DNA of 64,000 bases from Candidatus Bathyarchaeia archaeon (GTDB taxonomy: Archaea; Thermoproteota; Bathyarchaeia; 40CM-2-53-6): the NCBI GenBank assembly GCA_049521055.1, contig JBEKPE010000001.1, positions 44,837 to 108,836 on the forward strand, given 5' to 3'. The notes under the pieces are model-generated. The model worked only from the letters and a program-made list of their open reading frames with translations, searched no databases and was not told the origin of the DNA. Position numbers and translations under genes: made by a program. Every line of letters starts with the position of its first letter. The stretch's first letter is position 1. Positions 57,633 to 64,000 of the stretch are shown here, in pieces.

Positions 57633-58194
57633 GTTCCACTGGTCAACAAATTATAAGTTGATTGGCATTGTTGAGCACGCTGCTGATATAGTTTCACCGG
57701 AAAAATTAGGCGTGCAGTGGAAACAGAGGGGTTATTGGAACAGTCCACAGACGACAACACGTGAACTGCAACGAACCTATTCTGCCTAAGCGCCCCTAAC
57801 CCCTTGATTTCGACTGGACAAATACATTTGACCAAACACTGAATAGAACAAATTCAAGTTTTGCTGACTGATGAAAATTAGAGGCGTAGGTACAATCTCG
57901 TAAATGCTATCTCATTTATTGTCAAAAAGTAATAGTACAATGACTTCTTCTTAACAGCAGAAGAAAACACGAACCGACTTCACCATACTTGGAGTGGAAT
58001 CGAAGGGGTGAGGGGGTCCACAACGCATTTTCCAACATGGTTTACAACATTTTTCCAGAGTCTTATGTGATAACTGTGCATACCGGTTCCAGTGGCGATA
58101 GTTGATTTTCTTGTACAACAACCATTAGCTACTTTTCAAGATGTAAGACCGGTGTGACCAGTGGAGGTATGTTCCCTTACCAGCCGTAGACGTT
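57630..58194. other. replication origin oriC with ORB/mini-ORB elements and AT-rich unwinding region
   Basis: Plus-orientation CAGTGGAAACAGAGGGG at 57715-57731, GAGTGGAATCGAAGGGGTGAGGGGG at 57993-58017, TTCCAGTGGCGA at 58087-58098 and ACCAGTGGAGG at 58157-58167. Inverted GTTCCACTGGTC at 57632-57643. AT-rich stretch at 57840-57960. Lies directly upstream of cdc6. Confidence 0.7.
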
Positions 58195-59424
58195 ATGGAA
58201 ACCTTATTCGACAAATATTTGTCCACCGCCAAAATATTCGCAGAGCGTGACGTTTTACGGCACGACTACATGCCAACTCACTTACCGCACCGAGATGAGC
58301 ATATTCAGCGTTTGGCAGGGATTCTTGCTCCCGCGCTTCATCAATCGAAGATATCAAATGTATTCGTTTACGGGAAAACAGGTACAGGCAAGACCATAGT
58401 AACGAAATTTGTGCTCGACAAACTGCAGAAGAAGGCCACCGAGATCGGGGCCCCAGTAAAGATGGCTTACATCAATTGCCGTCTCGCGGGAACTAACTAC
58501 CGGGTGCTGGCGGAGATATGTAGAGCCGTCGGAGTGGAGGTACCTTTCACGGGAATTGCCGTCGGAGAGCTTTTGGATCGATTTTCAAATGGGATAAGTG
58601 CCGACAGGACTGCCCTACTTGTCACTCTGGACGAGATTGATGCTCTGATAAAGCATAACGCGGATGATTCCCTGCTGTATGAGCTCACGAGAATCAATGA
58701 AACGCTCAACTCTTCTTGGATTAGCCTCGTAGGGATCTCAAACGATCTTCATTTCAAGGAGTTCCTGGATCCACGCGTCCTAAGTTCGCTTAGCGAAGAG
58801 GAGGTTGTTTTTCGGCCCTATCTCGCAGATGAGCTCTTTGACATTCTATTCGACAGGACACGATTGGCTTTCCTCAAAGGGGCGCTCGACGAAAATGCTC
58901 TGAGACTGTGCGCTGCCTTGGCCGCCGGCGAGCATGGTGATGCAAGACGGGCACTCGATCTGCTTCGCGTCGCAGGGGAACTGGCGGAGCGCGAAGACTC
59001 GGGACGAGTGATCGAACAGCACGTGCGCCAAGCGCAGCAGAAGATCGAACACGATCGCGTGTCTGAGGTGTTGAAGTCGCTTCCTGCTCACTCCAAAATC
59101 CTGCTTGTCGGAGCGTACTTGTTGAGCAATCATCTCTCTAGCGGAGCCATAACTGGCGATGTGTACGAGGTGTACCACGAGCTATGCGGAGCCAGCGATT
59201 TGGAACCATTGACACAGCGTAGAGTTAGCGGCCTCATCAACGAGCTGGACGTCATGGGAATATTGAACGCCAGAGTCGTGAGTTTCGGAAGGTACGGGAG
59301 AACCAAGAAAATAAGACTCGGAGTATCTCCTCGAGTTATCGCAGATACCTACTTTGAGGACAATATTGCGGGCAGGCTCTTCGGATACGTCCCGAAATCT
59401 CTCCAGAAGCATCAGGCAGCCTAG
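58195..59424 (+). CDS. cdc6: Orc1/Cdc6 replication initiator
   Basis: AAA+ Walker A GKTGTGKT, Walker B LVTLDEID and C-terminal winged helix. Confidence 0.95.
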   Translation: METLFDKYLSTAKIFAERDVLRHDYMPTHLPHRDEHIQRLAGILAPALHQSKISNVFVYGKTGTGKTIVTKFVLDKLQKKATEIGAPVKMAYINCRLAGTNYRVLAEICRAVGVEVPFTGIAVGELLDRFSNGISADRTALLVTLDEIDALIKHNADDSLLYELTRINETLNSSWISLVGISNDLHFKEFLDPRVLSSLSEEEVVFRPYLADELFDILFDRTRLAFLKGALDENALRLCAALAAGEHGDARRALDLLRVAGELAEREDSGRVIEQHVRQAQQKIEHDRVSEVLKSLPAHSKILLVGAYLLSNHLSSGAITGDVYEVYHELCGASDLEPLTQRRVSGLINELDVMGILNARVVSFGRYGRTKKIRLGVSPRVIADTYFEDNIAGRLFGYVPKSLQKHQAA

Positions 59425-59980
59425 CTTTAGAATCGTAGGAGTAGATGACGGGCCTCTTCCGACCAGGAGAGAGACTGGCGGATACGCGGTCATAGTGACG
59501 GTTCTACTTCAGGGCTTCTTGATTTCCAAAGTCAGACTTGGAAGAATAGAGGTTGATGGAACTGGCGCTAATTCCATACTCAGAGACTTACTCAGGAATA
59601 TGGCATACGATGTCGCAATGCTTAGCGGGATTTCCTTCGGTGGCTTCAATCTCATCGACATCGATCAACTTTCCCGTGGGACAGGTAAACCGGTAATCGC
59701 AGTCATTGGTGAAAGGCCGGACAACGTATCCGTGCGGAAAGCGTTGCGGAGGCATTTCGATGATTGGGAGCGTCGGTGGCGAATCGTGAAGAATGCTGGC
59801 CCCTTGTATTCATTCAAACCACTTCCGAATGAACCCAAGTTATACTACGAAGTAAAGGGAGGTTCGCCAGCTTACGCTAGGAGAGTTATTGCCTCATCGG
59901 CCATCATCTCGCGTCTACCAGAACCCGTTCGCGTGGCTGGCCTCGTGGCCAAGAACCTAGGATCATTCCTGGCTATGTGA
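59354..59980 (+). CDS. DUF99/UPF0215-like protein (endonuclease V-like fold)
   Basis: FRIVGVDDGPL N-terminal motif. The ORF overlaps the cdc6 3' end in another frame. The true start is probably nearer 59420 with a non-canonical or unrecognised start codon. Confidence 0.5.
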   Translation: MRTILRAGSSDTSRNLSRSIRQPSFRIVGVDDGPLPTRRETGGYAVIVTVLLQGFLISKVRLGRIEVDGTGANSILRDLLRNMAYDVAMLSGISFGGFNLIDIDQLSRGTGKPVIAVIGERPDNVSVRKALRRHFDDWERRWRIVKNAGPLYSFKPLPNEPKLYYEVKGGSPAYARRVIASSAIISRLPEPVRVAGLVAKNLGSFLAM

Positions 59981-60101
59981 CCAGTTCATGAGATGTGGTT
60001 GTTTCAAGAAACGGCAAAGAGTTTCGCGTAGAGAAATGGTAACTGCCTCGCGATCATACAGAGTTCGGCGACAAGCTGGAGTTGGCAAAATTAGCGGATC
60101 C

Positions 60102-61646
60102 CTAAGCTGGGATCTGTTGGCCTAATTCTTGCGGCTTGCCAGAGTCGGGTTCGATGAAATTGATCAAGCGAACCTGCAATGTGCGCAGGTTTAAGGCGGT
60201 CAATATTCCTGGTGTTGGAACCAAGCCGACCCTTCGTTGGTAGTCAGTCTGTGCTTGCCAAGCTCCAGAGTTGATTATCTGAGTGCCGCGATAGTTCTCG
60301 TACTTCACTACGTGTATGTGGCCGGATTGGAAAACGTCGGGAACTCTCTCAATCACTAAATGATCAACTTTCTCAGGAGAAATGGAGCTCCTGTTCCCGT
60401 ACTCTGACGCTAAGTGCCTACACTGGAGTTGAAGCCTCATCGCCTTTTCTGGTTGGGTGAAGTCTACGTTTGGAGCGCTTGAGATCACGTCATCTAGGCT
60501 TCTGCCGTGGTGCAGAAGGAACCTAACGCCGTGAAAGGAAACCTCGGCTGGGTTTCCGAGAGAGACTAGTTCACGTGACTCATACAGGGGTTCCCCAAAA
60601 CTCTTTGGTATCGGCGGTTGAGGAAGAGCCTGCCTGACGGGGTCGTGGTTCCCAGGTATCACGACGGTTTCAATATAGTCAGGTATCCTGCCAACATATT
60701 TGGCCGCCTCCTGGTACTGCTGATACAGGTCAACGATCGCTAATTCATGTTCCTGCCGCGGATAAATTCCGATGCCATCGACAATGTCGCCGCAGATTAC
60801 CAAATACTTCGTCCGTTCGGCGATAGCCCGTTGGTTCGGGTCTCCGATTTTCAGGTTTAACCAGTCGAAAACTCTGCTTAACTCTCGACTCAAGAATTTC
60901 TTGCTTCCCACATGAAGGTCCGAGAGCAGGATTGCCCACACGTCTTCCTCAGCTAAGTGTGGTTTGTGATCTGGAATGTCAGGGAGTAGAACTTCCTTCG
61001 CTACGAACAAATCTCCCTTCGCCCGGACTCCGCCTACGCATATTACCTGATCTAGAGGAATTTTTTGGGCTGTTTCATATGCCGCCCTTTCCTCCGGCGA
61101 AACCAATACAGTCGCCGTATCTTCCAAATCGTCAAGCTGCACAAACAGTTTTCGCTGCCTTTCTCGCTTCTCCATAACCATTGCGATGAACTTCACCTTC
61201 TTGTTCTGCTCTTGGGCGAGAGCAACTGCTAAGCTGGTGGCATCTCTTGAATCTGGTCGCTCGCGGAAAGCCCGGCTGAGTTTCTGAAATCTATCTCTGA
61301 AATAATGAGAAAAGTCATCTATGGTGCCCCCCGTCCCGATTTCCTTGGACGGATCTCTGAGAACTTCTAGTCGCGCTGAGATTTGCTTCGCGGGGATCGT
61401 ACGCGCCACCGAGGCTTGAACCTGCGGGGGCTCCAAGAGGGGATGTGTGGAGATCTCGAGCAGTTCTTGTCGAGATAGTATATGAGATGTGCTGGCTTTG
61501 TCGCCAATTGAAAGGAGGACGTTTTTTGCGAATGTTGATGCCTCGGGTTCATCCATGGTCTTGAGGTAATCGTATGCCGATCGGTCGATTTGGTACCCTG
61601 CCAGTGCGAGTTCCTGAACCAGTCGTCGGAGTTGCTCCATGGGCAA
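60102..61646 (-). CDS. DNA polymerase II (PolD) small subunit DP1
   Basis: Calcineurin-like phosphoesterase motifs (GDIVD, GNHD) and an OB-fold region. Confidence 0.9.
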   Translation of the reverse strand: MPMEQLRRLVQELALAGYQIDRSAYDYLKTMDEPEASTFAKNVLLSIGDKASTSHILSRQELLEISTHPLLEPPQVQASVARTIPAKQISARLEVLRDPSKEIGTGGTIDDFSHYFRDRFQKLSRAFRERPDSRDATSLAVALAQEQNKKVKFIAMVMEKRERQRKLFVQLDDLEDTATVLVSPEERAAYETAQKIPLDQVICVGGVRAKGDLFVAKEVLLPDIPDHKPHLAEEDVWAILLSDLHVGSKKFLSRELSRVFDWLNLKIGDPNQRAIAERTKYLVICGDIVDGIGIYPRQEHELAIVDLYQQYQEAAKYVGRIPDYIETVVIPGNHDPVRQALPQPPIPKSFGEPLYESRELVSLGNPAEVSFHGVRFLLHHGRSLDDVISSAPNVDFTQPEKAMRLQLQCRHLASEYGNRSSISPEKVDHLVIERVPDVFQSGHIHVVKYENYRGTQIINSGAWQAQTDYQRRVGLVPTPGILTALNLRTLQVRLINFIEPDSGKPQELGQQIPA

Positions 61647-61774
61647 GGCCTTTGCGGATGGAATGCGACATAGTGTGGAACCTGCCTATAGTATCTTTTA
61701 TTGGGTAGCGAGCAGTCTAACGAACTTGAAAATGGAAGATCGCCACGGCTACGCTTTGGCTTTCATATTGGATA

Positions 61775-62554
61775 GTGTTCGCGTTGAGTGAAAGTGATAG
61801 GGTAAAGACAGGGATCAAGGGTCTCGATGAACTAATCGAAGGCGGTTTGCCTAGAGGTTTCAGTTTTCTTTTGCTTGGTGGGCCGGGCACTGGAAAGACT
61901 ACGTTCGGAGTTCAATATTTGTACAAGGGCGCCACCGAATATGGTGAGGGCGGGATGTACGTCACATTCGATGAACCACCATATTCTATTTCGGATAATA
62001 GTCAACGGTACGGTTGGAACCTTGCTGAGCAGGAGAAGGTCGGAAAGATATCTTTCGTCGACGCTTCGCCAATAAAGCGCGAACCCAGGGCCTCGACGTT
62101 CGTCCCACCTTCGCTAGGGCAGAGTTTCTTGGGGGGAGCCAAATTCAACATTGAAAGTGTAGTTTCCGCGATTAGAGAGGTAAAGCAGAAGGTCAATGCG
62201 AAACGATGTGTGATAGATTCGATTTCGGCTCTTACGCTACAGTATAGGGACGATTTTGAAATCAGGCAGCAGACGCTGAAACTCATCAAAGATCTAACGG
62301 AGATGAACCTCACTACGATCATGTTGGCCGAAAACCCCGAGGACAGGCAGGATATGACTCGTTTCGGCGCTGAAGCGTTTCTCGCGCAGGGTGTGATCGT
62401 GCTTCACATGTATCGAGTTGAAGAGTCTAACGTCAAAGCGCTTGAAGTTCGAAAAATGCGCGGCGCGAAACATACGGATAGATTGTGTCCGTACAGGATT
62501 ACGTCTGAGGGCATTGAGGTCTACCCTGAAGAGACTGTCTTCCGTTCAGTTTAG
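61775..62554 (+). CDS. KaiC/RadA-like RecA-superfamily ATPase
   Basis: Walker A GGPGTGKTT and KaiC-like single domain. Confidence 0.8.
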   Translation: MFALSESDRVKTGIKGLDELIEGGLPRGFSFLLLGGPGTGKTTFGVQYLYKGATEYGEGGMYVTFDEPPYSISDNSQRYGWNLAEQEKVGKISFVDASPIKREPRASTFVPPSLGQSFLGGAKFNIESVVSAIREVKQKVNAKRCVIDSISALTLQYRDDFEIRQQTLKLIKDLTEMNLTTIMLAENPEDRQDMTRFGAEAFLAQGVIVLHMYRVEESNVKALEVRKMRGAKHTDRLCPYRITSEGIEVYPEETVFRSV

Positions 62555-62577
62555 TCGGCTAAGATGATTGCAGAAGT

Positions 62578-62856
62578 TTGTCCGAATTCAACCTAACCGA
62601 CGAGGAAGAAGAGAGGCTCATCAGCAACATTGCTAAGGCCGTTGTAGGTAAGGGACTTGAAGCACCAGCAATTATGTTTCTTGAGGTTACGAAACCCCTT
62701 TCCTTCATTGCTTCGCAGCTCGCAATAGTCGTCCTCGGCCCTTTGCAATGGCTCTTTGAACTTGAAGGCCCTAAGTATACTGGACTATTCATGAAGAAGG
62801 AGAACGTAGGCAGAATCATCGATCGGATTGAGGAGTTGTCTAAATCTAAGCCTTAG
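62578..62856 (+). CDS. hypothetical small protein
   Basis: ORF only, downstream of the KaiC-like gene. Confidence 0.3.
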   Translation: MSEFNLTDEEEERLISNIAKAVVGKGLEAPAIMFLEVTKPLSFIASQLAIVVLGPLQWLFELEGPKYTGLFMKKENVGRIIDRIEELSKSKP

Positions 62857-63610
62857 TTAGTTTCGATTTCGTTTCCGAATTGGGTTGCTTGTTTTTCTCT
62901 CGGTATAAGTAGTAGCCGAAAATTACCAAGAATGCGACCACCCCGATTGGAGCATAAGCGCCTTCAGTAGCGGTTCCCATTCCTAATGCGCGCCAAGGGA
63001 ATGACGCGTTGCCTAGAAGAAATTGTACCCTCTGAATTATTATTGCCATTCGTCCTAAAACCGTGCTTCCGAAGACAGCTCCAAGGGTGGCTAGGATGAA
63101 GTACTTGCCGATTTTTGTGAATCCTCCCCAGACCCCTTTCTGTTCCCGGTGTAGAATAAAGTAGGAGAGGGATAGAATCGTTCCTGCAACTAAGACTACA
63201 TTGTCGAGAGTTGTAAGCACGTTCCCCGTAAAGAGAGGAATCATGGTTGCGGTCAGTTGTTTAACAAAAAACGTTGCAAATACGCTCCAAATAGTGACCC
63301 CTAAACCATAACCAATCGCTAGACTCAAGGGCAGCCGGTATAGTGATGAGTATTTCTTCGTGAACTGGGCGTAGAATAGCGAGCCTAGGATAACTGGCAC
63401 TATGAACGTTAGGTTTCCGTCTACGAAGATTGGGTTCAGGGCTTGGTTTACGAATAGGCGTAGGGAAGCGGCGAGGGCGTAGCCAGCGGCGAGGCCGATG
63501 AAGGCGTATTCGGTTAGGCGGAAGAATGGGTTTTCCTTGTACAGGAAACTAAGCACCATAAGGGTGATGAATACACCGACAAAAACTCCAATCAGGTCAA
63601 TTGGGTTCAC
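62846..63610 (-). CDS. polytopic membrane protein (hypothetical)
   Basis: Roughly 7 hydrophobic helices. Confidence 0.5.
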   Translation of the reverse strand: MNPIDLIGVFVGVFITLMVLSFLYKENPFFRLTEYAFIGLAAGYALAASLRLFVNQALNPIFVDGNLTFIVPVILGSLFYAQFTKKYSSLYRLPLSLAIGYGLGVTIWSVFATFFVKQLTATMIPLFTGNVLTTLDNVVLVAGTILSLSYFILHREQKGVWGGFTKIGKYFILATLGAVFGSTVLGRMAIIIQRVQFLLGNASFPWRALGMGTATEGAYAPIGVVAFLVIFGYYLYREKNKQPNSETKSKLTKA

Positions 63611-63613
63611 TGT

Positions 63614-64000
63614 TCACTTCTCCCTCTTCGAAGTTCGCCTACTGATGAAATAGGCCGCATTCCCGAATACGACCATCGCGATTATCAGCATGTGGGACGC
63701 GGATAGTGCAACCATGGCGGAGGATGCGCCGCTGATCCCCAGGCAGCAATTATACTGTTGGGTAAGGAGCGACTCGTACTCTGCGGCGCCGCGTATGCTA
63801 ATCAGGACTCCCACAAGCTGCCCTGAATTGTAGAACGGCATGAAGCCGGGAGCTATTGTGGCTGTAGCTCCGACTGCAACTGAAATGTTGAAATTCCCTT
63901 GCCAATATTGAAGATAAGAATAGAGGGCGCTGCTGTCATCGTCGAAGGTGATTACGAATGCAGCGTCCTTGGCCGCGGGAAACTCTTTGATGATCGGAAG
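63614..64000 (-). CDS. membrane protein, 5'-partial at window edge
   Basis: The hydrophobic ORF continues past the end of the window. Confidence 0.35.
   Translation of the reverse strand, partial: LPIIKEFPAAKDAAFVITFDDDSSALYSYLQYWQGNFNISVAVGATATIAPGFMPFYNSGQLVGVLISIRGAAEYESLLTQQYNCCLGISGASSAMVALSASHMLIIAMVVFGNAAYFISRRTSKREK

Overview
This window is an archaeal chromosomal segment of about 50% GC. PolD large and small subunits, Cdc6/Orc1, Alba, Sec61-beta, Elf1, ZPR1 and F420 CofC/CofD identify it as archaeal. It contains oriC with ORB elements upstream of cdc6 and a replication gene cluster. The 2-oxoacid dehydrogenase/lipoylation operon (lipA-E1alpha-E1beta-E2 ... lpd-lipB) is interrupted by a roughly 8.9-kb ORFan island. 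The window also carries purine-salvage genes (ade, add), moaA, a VapBC toxin-antitoxin pair and a dppABC/DF peptide ABC transporter. There are three TnpB-only IS200/IS605-like elements bounded by short terminal inverted repeats. An AT-rich glyA segment is probably foreign. The window has unusually many non-coding repeats. One is a GTGTGTG...CACACAC palindromic family concentrated in the island. Another is a conserved GGGGTGT-loop-ACACCCC hairpin element in three upstream regions. A third is a five-site GTGACATCAC operator-like array in front of a membrane-anchored wHTH protein. No tRNA, rRNA or CRISPR array was recognised by eye. The strongest candidate for an undescribed system is the ORFan island at 18.2-27.2 kb. 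It carries a HEPN-like protein, a C-terminally tail-anchored protein, membrane proteins, a transglutaminase-like protein and the palindromic repeats. All functional calls come from motif recognition in the translated ORFs. No database searches were run.
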